Of a stretch of 64,000 nucleotides of DNA, positions 23,334-36,673 are shown piece by piece. Positions within the stretch are counted from its first letter, which is position 1; every line of letters starts with the position of its first letter. The DNA comes from Macrostomum hystrix (Eukaryota > Animalia > Platyhelminthes): NCBI GenBank assembly GCA_950097015.1, contig CATNEN010000033.1, forward strand, positions 2,976,001-3,040,000, read 5' to 3'. Under the pieces are notes generated by a model. It was not told the DNA's origin. It saw nothing but the letters and a program-made list of their open reading frames with translations, and did not search any database. The position numbers and the translations under genes were made by a program.

Positions 23334-26300
23334 TCAATCAAAATCGTCCCCGTCGTCATCGTCGGAGATTGTGAACTTCTTCCTAGTGGCCGTCTTTTTC
23401 ATTCGTCGCTTAGTGACCGTGCCGCCACCGAGGCCACCGACGCCAACGCTGCCGACACCACTGCCGCCGCTGCCGCCACCGCCGCTGGTGGCGCCGCTGG
23501 TGGTGCCGCCACCGCCACCGCCACCACCGCTGGTGGCGCCGCCTTTGCTGCTGGAGGCATCATCTGCAGGGCGATGTACAGAGCACTTGGATTACTATCA
23601 AAAAGAATGTCACTAGGCAAACATGCTTCATCCATTTTAAATCCTGAGCCACTCACCGTCATCTTCGGCACCAATAGACAGGCCGGATGCAGAGGCTGAC
23701 ATGGCCAAGGAGGTGGAAGAGGCGGCCGCCGCCGACATCGCTGCGGTTGCTGCAGCTACAGCAGCCGCTGTCGCGGACGCAGACGAGGAAGCAGCTGGCC
23801 CGGGCGAGGACGACCGCAAAGCTTCCACCTCCTCATGCTTGAGCTGCTCCCTGGCACTTGAGCACACCTGGGCCAGCACCAGGCTGTCCTCGAAGATCAG
23901 ACTGCCGTCAGTATTGTAGGTCTGGGCGTTGCGGCACAGCAGGTGCACGTCGGACACCAGCTCGTCGACGGAGCGGTACCTGTGCTCGCGAATCTTGGCA
24001 CGAATCTTGGCGAAGTCCATCGGCTTGCGAATCACATCGTAGTAGTCCGGCAGCTCGCGGCGGCTGGGCAGCTTGACAAACGGCTCGCTGAGCACCCGGC
24101 CGTCGCTGTCCCGATAGCTTAGGATGATGTCCAGCAGACGGTTCATCAGGCGCGTCAGCCTAGGCGGATTCGGCGCTATGGACGACTGCGGCGGCCGGCC
24201 GCGCCGCTTCTTCGACTGCGGCTCCTCCGGGTCGGTGGATTCGCGCTTCTTCCGCTTGGCACCGCCGCCGCTGCCGCCTCCGCGCTTTCGACCGGAGTTG
24301 CCGCTGCCGCGGCCAGATGGTCCGGCCTCGTCATCGTCGTAGGTGTCATCGTCGTCCTCCATGCCCTCTTGGATAGCGTGCAGGAACTGCTGCTCGCTGA
24401 GCGAGTCGGTGTAGTCCACCTCCTTGCGCTGCCGCTTGCCTCCGAAGCCCAGCTCGGTTTCGTCAACATCGAACAGGCTGGAGTCCACCTGGGCGGGTGA
24501 GAGTGGGCCAACGGCATTTCACTTTTAAGCTGCCACAGAAAATATTCTTATGTATATCAGTAATTTATTTACTCTAAATTACTCTAAGACACACGACAAA
24601 CAACTAACGTGTTATTGAGACCTTCTAACAGTTACAAAATTCCAAGGATCTCAATTCCAAAATGCGAAGATGCTAGATCCTAAACTGTAAGTGCCCAGTT
24701 CCCAAAATCCAAGAATACCAGTTTCCAGAATGCACGGATCCCAGTTCCCAGAAACCATGGATCACAGTTCCCAGAATCCAAGAATACCAGTTTCCAGAAT
24801 CCAGGTATCCTAGTTCCCAGAATCCATGGATCCCAGTTTCCCAGATACCATGGATCACAGTTCCCAGAATCCATGGATCCCAGTTTCCCAGATACCATGG
24901 ATCCCAGTTCCCAAAATCCATGGATCCCAGTTCCCAGAATCCATGGATCCCAGTACCTAGAATCCAGGTATTCCAGTTCCCAGAATCCACGGATCCCGAA
25001 TCCGCATTCCCAAGGCTCACCTGAACATCGTCTCGCACGATCCACTGAGGCAGCTCTTCGGCAGTGATGAGGCGCGGCTTCCTCTCCTTGTTCATCGCAT
25101 CGTTGTGATGGCGCTCCTTGTCCATTGCCTGGTAGATCTCGTACTCCTGCTCTGTGCGGGCCAGCATCTGGTTCACCGTCTCGTCGTCGTGTATCTCAAG
25201 GCCTTCAAGTTCGTCGTCATTCTCGCCCTCGAGCAGTGCCATGAGGAACTGCTTGCGCTCAACGCCAGTGGACTTCTGATCGAACATGCCTGGTGGGATT
25301 CGGGGTGCGGGCAGTTAGTAGCGTAACTTATGGGTCATAACGGTAGAGGACTTTGGGCGCCTGTTGGTTGTCTCCGGTTTTACTTTTTAGCAACGGAAGT
25401 GACTGAATTTCAGAAAATGTCCCCCTGACCATCCCTGTAAGAAATTCGGCTGCTTCTTCGGCGGGTTTTTTGTGCAAAATAGGAGTGGAATCTACCGAAA
25501 TCCCCCTATCTCGCAAGAGTTAAAGAAACCACCCAGGAAGCAGCCGATGTAACCGTAAATTGTGCGGAAACCGCCGAAGAATCACCCGAACCAGTGGCCC
25601 ATGGGACAACCAGAGAATTATTTACGGGCGATTCCTCGGCGGTTTCTGAGCATGGAATCTTCCGAAGTGGAGGATTCTTTGGATGATTCCATTTCGCCAC
25701 CAAGAAGCTCCGAGAAAATGCATAGTTGGGTAGATTCTAAGCATGGAACCATCCGATTGGTATGTTTCCAGCGGTCGGCTGTTTCATTTTCTGGAAACAC
25801 CGCAGATTCAAATTGGAATCACCCAAAGAAACATCCCTATTTTTTAGCGGGATCTTTTGGTGCACCTGAACGGAGCAACGCAAGTACACAAAACTCAAAC
25901 TCACGAAACTCACGGGTCAACTTCTAAAAGAATCGATTCACAAAACTTTGCGGTGAGAGAGCGGTCGGCCGGAGCCAGACAGGGGGCTTAACACTACCCC
26001 CCGTTAACAGGGTGGGGGCGGTGAACATGCATGTACGCGCACTGGGCACTAACGTCGCCACTGCGCGCTGCACAAACCGGCTCAATCAAGTCACCAGCTC
26101 TTCAGACCGTCGAGATATTCAATGGTTCGGGCCGAAGGTCTGATTTTACCAATAAAGCGCTAGTGTATTTCATACACCCCTATTCATGAATTTGCACTTG
26201 CCAGGCCTTCAAAATGTATCAGCATGTCACCAGAAAATGTGCCTGCATCATCTCCGACTTTGGTGGTCACCTACATTAATCTAGACCAGGGGTCGGCAAC

Positions 26301-29300
26301 CTTATATACCCCGCGGGCTAAAGAGAGAATCTTAAAGACGACGGCGGGCCGCATGAAGAAAGGGGAGAGATCAGACAGGTGAGAGATGAGACAAGTGAGA
26401 GATAAGAAAGGTGAGAGATAAGACGGGGGAGATAAGACGCAAGAGAGATGAGACGGGGGGAGATAAGACGCAAGAGAGATGAGACAGGCGAGAGACGAAA
26501 AATGGTAGAGATGAGACAGGGGAGAGATGAAAAAGGGGAGAGATGAGACAGGGGAGAGATAAGACAGGGGAGAGATGAGACTGGGGAGAGATAAGACAGG
26601 GGAGAGGTGAGACTGGGGAGAGATAAGACAGGGGAGAGATAAGACAGGGGAGAGATAAGACAGGGGAGAGATGAGACAGGGAAGAGGTGAGACAGGGAGA
26701 GATGAGACAGGGGAGAGATGAGACAGGGGAGAGGTGAGACAGGGAGAGATGAGACAGGGAAGAGGTGAGACAGGGAGAGATGAGATAGGGAGAGATGAGA
26801 CAGGGGAGAGATGAGACAGGGGAGAGGTGAGACAGGGAGAGATGAGACAGGGAGAGATGAGACAGGGGAGAGATGAGACAGGGAGAGATGAGACAGGGAG
26901 AGATGAGACAGGGGAGAGATGAGAGACAGGGGAGAGATGAGACAGGGGAGAGGTGAGACAGGGAGAGATGAGACAGGGAAGAGGTGAGACAGGGAGAGAT
27001 GAGATAGGGAGAGATGAGACAGGGGAGAGATGAGACAGGGGAGAGGTGAGACAGGGAGAGATGAGATAGGGAGAGATGAGACAGGGGAGAGATGAGACAG
27101 GGGAGAGATGAGACAGGGGAGAGGTGAGACAGGGGAGAGGTGAGACAGGGAGAGATGAGACAGGGAAGAGGTGAGACAGGGAGAGATGAGATAGGGAGAG
27201 GTGAGACAGGGGAGAGATGAGACAGGGGAGAGGTGAGACAGGGAGAGATGAGATAGGGAGAGATAAGACAGGGGAGAGATGAGACAGGGGAGAGGTGAGA
27301 CAGGGGAGAGGTCAGACAGGGAGAGATGAGACAGGGAAGAGGTGAGACAGGGAGAGATGAGATAGGGAGAGATGAGACAGGGGAGAGATGAGACAGGGGA
27401 GAGGTGAGACAGGGAGAGATGAGATAGGGAGAGATAAGACAGGGGAGAGATGAGACAGGGGAGAGGTGAGACAGGGAGAGATGAGATAGGGTGTACTGTA
27501 GAGTAGGTGTTAGGAGGAGCTAAGGGCCAGATTTGGGAGCTTTGAGGGCCGCATCTGGCCCGAGGGCCGGAGGTTGCCGACCCCTGATCTAGACGGATTA
27601 AAAGGACCTTCAAGGGCTACAACAGGTGGAACTAGGTCCTTATTGACACCCTGACGCGAATTGCAGTCCTCTGATCAAGCCTAAAAGTTAGGCGCAGCTC
27701 AACCACAGTACACCATCGCCTAGTCTGTCAACCAATCAGTCACCACCCAACGCTGTTAGCATTCAGGCGCTGCCAAAAACACCCTCTTGGTATAAAAACG
27801 GGCGGCAAATGTAGTCCTACAGCTAAAAGATCATTGCCCTACAAATCGGGTCCTCAGAATCAGATTCAGATTCTAAATGCTTTCATTTCCAGTTATCATG
27901 TGTACGCAAAAGCCATCACGTCCGGTTCTCAGATACCAATTTGAATTGTGCTCAAAAGCCCATTACTCACCGGCCTGGATAACTTTCTCGTCCACGTTGA
28001 GCTTGTACCTGGCTGCGGCCAGAATTCGTTCCTCAACCGAGTTGACGCAGATGAGGCGCAGCACGCGCACCTCGTTCTTCTGTCCGATGCGGTGAGCCCG
28101 ATCTTGGGCCTGCAGATCCTGATGGGGATTCCAGTCGGAGTCGAAGATGATCACGGTGTCGGCAGTCTGCAGGTTGAGTCCTAGACCGCCGGCTCGAGTG
28201 CTCAGCAAGAAAATAAAGTAGTCTGACTCGGCATCGTTGAATACCTGATATTTGGCGAGTGGATTCGTAATTAATGAATTTTCAAGCACATTTACTACAA
28301 ACCAAGAAAGCCTTTAAACACAATCGGTCACTACTTCATAGCTGTGGCCATTAAAGCCATCAAAAATAGAACCTCTGACCTCAGCTGCCATTAAAAGTTG
28401 TTATACATTAAATTCATAATGGAAATTGTATATATTTCTGTTCGGCAAGCCGCTAGAGCATCAGCGAAGCCGGGACACTGGGTCCCAGAGCCAGCCAAGC
28501 ACTCTACTGCGGATTTGCCAATGCGGGAACAAAGCGCAATAATAAAAGTGCACCCGGATTCCCTGGCTTAATGTGCCTTCTCGGTGAATCGAGTCGCCTC
28601 TCAGTGAGTCACACACGGGTGTCAGGCGAGTCGCAGGACGAGAAGGACAATAAAATTGTTCAACAGCTACATAGTGCAAATACAAACAGTTTTAACATCT
28701 AACAAACTAACAAGCCCACACATATGGCACGCTTACCTGCAACAGCGAGCCGCGATCCTCGGCTTTGGTAGTACCATCCAGGCGCAGGTACTTAAATCCC
28801 TTGTGATCAAAGTAGTCCTGCATGATAGTCATGAGGGCTGTCATCTGGCAGAAGATCAGCACCCGATGCTTTGTAGCCTTCAGCTTGGGCAGGATGCGGT
28901 CAAGGAGCTCGAATTTGCCAGACGAGCGAAACAGGTCAATTCCGTTGATTGGGACGTTGCCCTTCTGCTCGGTGATAGCGTCTTCGATGTGCGGAAACAG
29001 GAACGGATGGTTGCAGATCTTGCGCAGCTGCATGATGGTGTTCATCAGGGTGCGCACTCCGCCTTTGCCCTGCGAGAGTCAAGGCGGATGAGGATGCCGT
29101 TTGATGATAATTCAACATTTGGGCATGAAATTATTCTATGAACTGGGCATTCTAGCTTTATTAAATATTAGGCTGTTTTTAGCACAGTGCTTAGGGCGAG
29201 AGGTCGAATTTCAGCCCACAGAAATTGAGCTGCACAGCGGTAAAAAAACCTATAGAAAGGCCCAATAACGTGGCTCAAATGAGTTAGGTGATTTTCTTTG

Positions 29301-32300
29301 CATAAATGTTCGGCAAGCCGCTAGAGCATCAGCGAAGCCGGGACACTGGGTCCCAGAGCCAGCCAGCACTCAGCTGCGGATTTGCCAATGCGGGAACAAA
29401 GCGCAATAATAAAAGTGCACCCGGATTCCCTGGCTTAATGTGCCTTCTCGGTGAATCGAGTCGCCTCTCATTGAGTCACACACGGGTGTCAGGCGAGTCG
29501 CAGGACGAGAAGGACTCAATAATAATATTATTCCCTATTCTCTATGATATTCTACAAAGCTGGGATGAAGTGTGCAGCAATTCGCACACTAAACTCTTCC
29601 GCTAGAGTAAGCAGCGAGTCGCGCAGTGCAATGAGCTGCCTGTCTGCTGTGCCTTCTCGGCGAATCGAGTCGCCTATCTTTATGATTGATTCGGGCGAGT
29701 CGCAGGACGAGAAGAACTGAATGCTCTTACACCTAAACTATGAATAAAAGTGCAACACAGCTTACCTTCTTGTCCTTCTCTGAGCCGTCAGTCAGGATGA
29801 CACCCTTCTGGCTCATGTGATTGTACAGAGTGCGCTGTAGGGCGCTCATGTCGCACTTGATCACATACTCCACCTTGTCCGGCAGCTGGGACTCCACTTC
29901 CTTCTTTAGGCGGCGCAGCAGGAACGGCCTGAGGACTTTGTGCAGTCGGCGAATAATCAGCAGTGTCTCCTCCTGGTTCAGCTCCACCTTCTCGCCTGCA
30001 AGTCAGTCGTCGGTGAGGGTTGCGGTGTGTCTAGGGAGGTGGCAGCAGTGAATCCACGACCTGTTTTCCAACTTTTATTCAGATTCCTACCCATTCCTCT
30101 TATCCTGCCTATTGTCTCGCATCCTTGAAATCTACCCATCCTCAGCCAGCGTACCGGTGGTAGCAAAGGGCGCGTTGAACCACTGCTCAAAGGTGGTGAC
30201 GGAGGAGAACACGGAGGGCAGCAGGAAGTTCATGAGAGCCCATAGCTCAGGCAGCTTGTTCTGCAGCGGAGTTCCGGTGAGCAGCAGGCGGTAGGGCGCG
30301 CTGTAGTAGGTGTTGAGAATGCAGGTCAGCTTGCAGTGGTGGTTTTTCATCCGGTGGCCCTCGTCGATGATCATGTACTTCCACTTGACCTTGGACAGTG
30401 CCGCCTTGTCCTTCATAATGTACTCATAGGTGGTGAGCAGCACGTTGAACTTCGAGCCCTTGAGTTGGTACTGCAGCGTGCGCCTGTGCTGCGGCGAGCC
30501 CTTGTACAAGATCTTCTTCACGGACGGGGCCCACTTGTCGAACTCCAGATCCCAGTTAGACATTGTGGACAGCGGCACAATGATCAGGTAGGGGCCGTTC
30601 TCCTTTTTCTTCTCCATCAGGTAGGTGATGAGAGCGATTGTCTGGATGGTCTTGCCTGCGGACCGTGTGAGTTAGCAAACAAGTCAGCAGGTGTGATAGG
30701 CCAGGCCACTACCAGGAAACCCAATATTCCTAATTTAGTCAGAGGTAAAAATGACTTACCCAATCCCATCTCATCGGCCAGAATGCCGTTCAGATTATTG
30801 TTAAAGAGAGACACCAGCCACTGCAGGCCCTTGAGCTGGTACTCCTTCAGTCGGCCGTTGACCAGGATGCTGGCCTGCTCGAGAATGCGTTCACGGATGC
30901 TGTGGGCGCTGCCATAGTAGCTCTGCTGCTGGTGATAGTCATCGTCCTCTGTGCCCTGGATCGCGTGAATATCTGCCTCGTTGTCGTCGTGATCGTCGTC
31001 CTCTTCTACAACAAGGTCCTCGACAAGGTCCGGGCGCGGAGTGCCATCGGCATCGATGGGCAGAATCAGCCAGCCCTCATGCTCAGCCAGCCAGCGCTCC
31101 AGCTCCTGCGAGGTGGGCGCATTCTCGCCTGTCAGCCGCTCGCCAGTGGACGGATTCAACACGGCCACGCGGACAGTCTCGCCGGCGTTGAGCACAGCGG
31201 CCAGCAGGGCGGTCTGGTGCTCGCGAAGCTTCTCGCGCTTCTCAGTTTTTTTGACAGCCTGCCGCTCGCGCTTGTGATCCTTGACCAGCTTGGACAGGTT
31301 GGCGGTGAACTCGTCAGTCTGCTCCAGCAGGTAGTGCAGGCGCTGGTCCTTCTGCTTGTCGATAAGCTCCCTGTAGCCCTTCTCGTCCTCGGCCATGAGA
31401 CGCCGCATGCGCTCACGCTCGATTCTTTCGCGCTCCTTGCGCGCCTCCCGCTCGGTGTTGGCGTGCCAGGCCAGCACGGCTTTGTTGAGCTTGAACATCT
31501 TGGAGTTTACACTGCGGTAGTGCTCACGGAACTCCTTGGCGTGTGCCAGGATAGCGTTAAGACACTCCTGATGTCGCTGACGCCGGCGCTTCTCGGCCTC
31601 CAGGCGGCGCTGCTTCTCGAGCCGCTCGGTGCCGCGGGCCTCGCGCAGCGACTGCTTCTTTGGCCGTCTGTAGGCCTTGGCGTTCAGCGCAGTCTCCAGG
31701 GTGGTGTCACGCCGGATGGTCGAGACGAAGTCGCCGCGAAGCTGGCGCTGCAGGCCGAGGAGGCGCAGAGCGCGCAGTTCAATTTGCAGCTTAAGCTTCT
31801 GCTCCTCGCTGACGCAGGCGGACAGCTCTTCGAGCTCGACAATGCGGCCAGCAACCCGGCACTGCAGGCGCTGTTCACGATCGCGCAGAAGGTCGATAGG
31901 ATCCACCGCGGGTGGCCGGATAGTTGTGCCAGGCCGCTGCTGGTACATCAGCATGGACGAAGGCGGCGGATGCCCGAACGGATGCGGGTGATGATGAGGC
32001 GGATGATGATGCTGCATAGATGGCGGAGTCATTGCTCGAGCTGCGTTTGGGTGCTGCGGCATCGGTGGCGGAGGCAGTGGCTGAAGCGACTGCGGATGCA
32101 GAGAGGCTGCGGCAGCCGACCCTGGGCCAAGGCCGGCCATTTCAACAGGCGCGCTCACTGCCGCAGAGCTTGGTCCCAAAGATGTCGGCGGTGGCAGCGA
32201 CGTTTCCAGCGTCTGGTGCGACATCGTCTCCGCATGCGTTGGCTGCGCCGCGGGTGAGATCGGAGTTGTGACAAGAGAAGACAGCGTCTGATGCGATGAT

Positions 32301-34360
32301 GCGGAAGAGGTAGGCAGCTTAGTGGGTGTGTCCTGTGGCTGCTGACGAGGCTGCATTGGCGAGTCCTGGCGAGCGCCCGATGGAACATCGACCGGAACAT
32401 CGGGAGCGCCAGTGAGGAGGCTGGCAATGTTAGCGGGAACCGGCCTGGACAGGGACGAGCCAAGCGCCTGGACGCGCAGCTGATCGGGCAGAGGCAGATT
32501 GCGGCTCAGATTTTTGTAGGCGTTGATCTGAGCGCGGAGCTGCATCAGCTGCACACTGCTGAATGGGCCAGCTGGTGGCTCAGCCGGCGGCATCTGGTAC
32601 GGCTGCTGACCCTGGGTTCCAGGCGGCCCACCGTAGTAGCCTTGACCGGTGGACTGCGGCGGCATGTGGTAGCCCTGATGCTGGGGTGGGCCGTACATTT
32701 GCTGACCAGGCTGCTGCTGCTGCGGGTAGCCACTGGTCAGTTCTGCGGCGGTCGGACCGAAAGGAGGGCCGCCACCACCGGCTACACCTGGATGCGAGAA
32801 CGGCGGTCCCTGGTGCCGAGGCGGCGTAGCCTGTGTGTAGCCATAGTGAGGCGGCTGCTGCTGCTGCGGTGTTGGAGGCTGCTGGCTGTCGGCCATAGAT
32901 ACAGGCAGTGGCTGCTGCTGAGGCGACGGCGGCACAGGCTGGGCGACTGGGAGGGGTGGCGGGGCAGCTGGCGGAGGCATCTGCTGGGACGCAGGTGAAG
33001 GCGGCGGTTGCTGCTGCTGGGAGCTGGATTGCTGAGCCTGCGGCGATGGAGGTGGCTGTTGCTGCTGCTGCTGTGACTGAGGTGTCTGTGGCCGCGGCTG
33101 AGGTGATGGCTGCGACTGAGCTGATGGCGGCTGCGGTGGTGGCTGCTGCTGCTGTTGCTGCGCATTTGCTATTTGACTATTCGGGAGGACCTGCTGGAAG
33201 TACTGCTGCTGCTGGCTCGCGGGCGGCTGTGAGCCGAACTGCTGATAGGCCGGCTGCATCTGGCTGGTTGGCTGTCCAGCGTACATCTGCTGCTGGTGAT
33301 ATTGCTGCTTGTGCATCTGATGCGGGGACTGCATGTACTGATTCTGGTGCTGCTGCATCATGTGAGCATGACTCACCGGCGGCTCATTCGGCCCCGGATA
33401 CTGCTGCTGACCCTGCGGCCCACCGTAATATCCGTGCCCGGACTGCGGCATGTGATAGCCCTGATGCTGAGGGTACATCTGGGGACCCTGCTGCTGCTGG
33501 TAGCCCCCGGACATGTCCGGTCCGGCCTGTCCAAATGGGCCACCACCAGCCTGAGAATACTGCGGTCCTGGTGCGCAACCTGACATCCCCTGCGACCTTG
33601 GCGGCGTCGGCTGAGGGTAGCTGTAGTGAGACTGTTGCTGCTGCTGGCCTTCAGAGGATGCGACTGAGGATTGCTGGGACGCCTGCAACTGGGCCTGAGA
33701 AGTGACGGGCTGAGCCGTTGAGCTGTGCGGTAGCGGTGGAGGCGCAGCGGGCGGCGGCATCTGCTGCGACGCTGGAGACGGCTGAGACTGAGCCTGCTGC
33801 TGAGAGCTTGGCGGCGGTTGCTGCTGCTGTTGCTGTGAAGATGGCGGAGGCTGAGGAGATGGCTGCGACTGCTGCTGCTCTTGGCCCTGTTGTGGCGGCT
33901 GCTGAGGAGCCTGCTGACCATACTGCGGCTGACTAGTGGGTGGCGGGCCGAACTGCTGATAGGGCGGCTGCATCTGCTGACTTGGATATGGCTGATGATA
34001 TTGCTGCTTCTGCATCTGGTGAGGCGCCTGCTGCCCATAGGCCATTTGGTGCGGCATCATCTGGGGATTGCCGTACTGGGGTCCTGAGGCATCACCTGGC
34101 ATGTGATAAGGCGGCTGGCCCTGAGGCCCGGGCGGTCCGCCATAGTAGCCAGCAGACTGCTGCGGCATGTGGTAGCCCTGATGCTGGGGAGGGCCATACA
34201 TCTGTTGGCCTGGCGGCTGCTGCTGCTGCTGTGGCTGCGGGTAGCTGCTATTCATGTCTTGCGCGTGACCAAATGGAGGCCCCTGTGATCTAGGCGGCAC
34301 TGCTTGTGGGTAGCTATAGTGAGGCTGCTGCGGTGCAGAGGACTGTTGCCCCTCTGACAT
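23334..34360 (-). CDS. brm: Brahma / SMARCA2/4 SWI/SNF ATPase, about 2089 aa; exons 34360-30760, 30655-30155, 29995-29766, 29069-28737, 28244-27971, 25289-25021, 24488-23657, 23563-23334
   Basis: QLQ ([15 protein letters not shown]), HSA, BRK, SNF2 ATPase (ILADEMGLG|KTIQT, IIDEGH), helicase-C ([23 protein letters not shown]), SnAC, AT-hook (KKRRGRPP) and bromodomain ([14 protein letters not shown]...NAQTYN). All seven introns are GT-AG with matching phases; the exon sum of 6270 nt is divisible by 3. Confidence 0.96.
24690..25005. repeat. Degenerate ~21-bp tandem repeat in a brm intron
   Basis: Recurrent ccagttcccagaatccatggat-like units. Confidence 0.75.
26287..27586 (+). mobile_element. hAT-type (Charlie-like) MITE family B with an expanded internal minisatellite, in a brm intron
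   Basis: Perfect 16-bp TIR caggggtcggcaacct / aggttgccgacccctg and perfect 8-bp TSD ATCTAGAC (26279-26286 and 27587-27594), matching the NTCTAGAN target typical of Charlie-group hATs. The interior about 26365-27490 is a 15/16-bp gagacagggg(a)gagat array. Confidence 0.92.
28439..28648. repeat. ~210-bp dispersed repeat, copy 1 (brm intron)
   Basis: Near-identical to 29307-29515 in the adjacent intron; a partial third copy lies near 29645-29715. Confidence 0.85.
29307..29515. repeat. ~210-bp dispersed repeat, copy 2 (brm intron)
   Basis: tgttcggcaagccgctagagc...gcaggacgagaaggac, in the same orientation as copy 1. Confidence 0.85.
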
Positions 34361-36283
34361 CGAGATGCTGACAATGGCTGCAAAGGAGGAGGATGGGTAA
34401 TGTTAAACAAGCATTGCCTAGGCCCTAGAATAAGTAGAATATTCAAATATATATAAAATAAAAGGTACTTATCAAGTTTCCTTTTACATTTTTGTTTTCA
34501 GCTTTTAAAATTCAGAAAGCTAGGTTCCTAGCGTTCCCAAATTCAGATTTGGAAATATTGTTAATATTTGAATTATTTTATAAAAACATAGAAAATTTTA
34601 CATTATGTTAATCACCAATTAAGTTATGCATCTGCTTCTTTTTTAGCTTGATTTGATTTTGATAATTATTACTGTCATTCATACCAGATTACAAGAAAGA
34701 TGGTGCTTTAGTAATACATTTTTTACTTTTTTACTATTGTTTTTTTATCACAGACACAAAGACAATTTCAAACTGACTGAGAAATACAAGCTGCCAGTCC
34801 TATAAAAAGCGTAACTTTTAAAATACTTCAACTAACAGAAATGGATAATGGTTATAATGGATTGTCATAATAGAGCTGAGTCAAGACTGACTGATGAAAA
34901 TGGCTTCAAGAAACAACAAAGAAAAGGAAACAATGAGACTATTGAAAGTCAATAGACAGAACATTTAGTAACTAATAATGCTATTATGTGTTAGAAATGC
35001 TCTGATATGCTAATTTTGTTTATTTACTTCCCAATTCTAACCAAAAAGTCATTAGAAGTTTTTAGATGCGAGTATTAGCATTTTCATAAATGATATTTGA
35101 TTAGAACTATAGTCTATACAACATATTTTGCATGCAATAATTATTCTTGCAATGAAGGTGATATAATGGCAATGATGAATAATATCCAACAATTACCCAA
35201 ATAGGTCAAATGTTGAATAAAATGCACATCACACACCCTAATGGAGCAAATGAAAAAAAAGCTGCGGACACTCCTGCTAGGCATGCAGGTGCGCAGTTGG
35301 TTTCAAGGAAAAGAGCGCAAATGCGCAATTGCTATACAGTCTAAATATCTTCAGTCTGACTCAACGTAGTGATTGATTTTGCAAAAAAATTTGAAAGACC
35401 TTTTTTTGATCTCTGTAGCGTATTTCTAAAAATAGAACAGCTACGTGGTGATTTGGCAAAAATATGGACACATACCAAATGACTTTTTTTATCTCTGTAG
35501 TGTATCTTACTAATTATAACAGCTAAGGTTATGTCTTTTCACACTTGGGCACTGCAGAGCATGAAGTTGTGTTTGAGAATAAATGTGCACCCCTCCATCA
35601 AAAAATTCTGTAACTGTGCCTGGCTAGAATGGCACCTACATGGACATGTAGGTTTTTTAAATATGTAAATGTATACCTAAGTGCACAATAGCATGGATGT
35701 ATGGCACGGGTGCACACTGCTATACCATGTGCACCTACATGTACATTTAAATGTATCTTATAATGTGTTGTAATGTACATATATTTAAACACACAAGGTG
35801 TGCGTACAGAGGCACTGGCATTCACTACTAGAATTGCATCTACACGTACTTGTACATGAAAATGTATTACAAAATATACATTTATAAAGAACACAAGACA
35901 TTAGTGTAGGGGCACAAGGGTGCACTGTTTGTTATACATCTACATACTTACGACAACTTTACACACACAAGGTGTGGCCACGCGGACAGAAATTTCTTTC
36001 TGCGCAGCCACACAAGCAATTGTTCACAAGCACGCCGGACGCTGTCCATGAAAACCCCTATTGGCTCCAATAGGGATCACACAACAACAACAGTTCGGCC
36101 TAACATGATAACAGATTTAGCAATAATATATTTTACATTTTCTGTTTATTGTTGTCATTGTATAAAAAGCAGTTCTTTATTTGTATGTCCATCATATGAA
36201 TAACCATTTTAATACTTTTTATAGTCAGAGTATAAAAAACAACTGCTGTAATCTACCAGACCCAACATAGCTTCTGTCTATAT

Positions 36284-36673
36284 CAGGGGTCGGCAAACCC
36301 CGTGGGCCAGATGTGGCCCTCTAAGTTCCCAAATCTGGCCCATTGCCCCTTCTGACATCTAGTGTCCTGTTTCATCTCTCTCGTGTCTAATCTCTCCCGT
36401 GTCTCATTGCTCTCATGCCAAATCTCTCCTGTGTCTCATCTCTCCTGTGTCTCATCGCTCTCGTGTCTAATCTCTCCTGTTTCTCACCACTCTTGTGTCT
36501 CATCTCTCCCGTGTCTTATCTCTCCCATGTCTAATCTCTCCTGTGTCTCATCTCTCCCGTGTCTCATCTCTCCTGTGTCTCATCTCTCCCCTATCTCATA
36601 CAGTCAATGCGGCCCGCTGTCGTTTTTTAGGTTCTCTCTTTGGCCTGCCAGCAAATAAGTTTGCCTACCCCTG
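36284..36673 (-). mobile_element. hAT-type MITE family B, short 390-bp copy
   Basis: TIR caggggtcggcaaac / gtttgcctacccctg and perfect 8-bp TSD GTCTATAT. Subterminal sequence and internal 16-bp repeat match the 26287 element in reverse orientation. Confidence 0.9.

Noticed and set aside
26318-27613. 431-aa Ser/Leu/Pro-rich ORF
   Set aside because: It is the reverse reading of the minisatellite inside a hAT MITE in a brm intron, not a transposase.
30902-32257. Long antisense ORFs opposite brm, stonin (8394-10202), LDLR (50537-51782) and the GPCR
   Set aside because: Expected shadows of GC-rich coding sequence; no recognisable domains.
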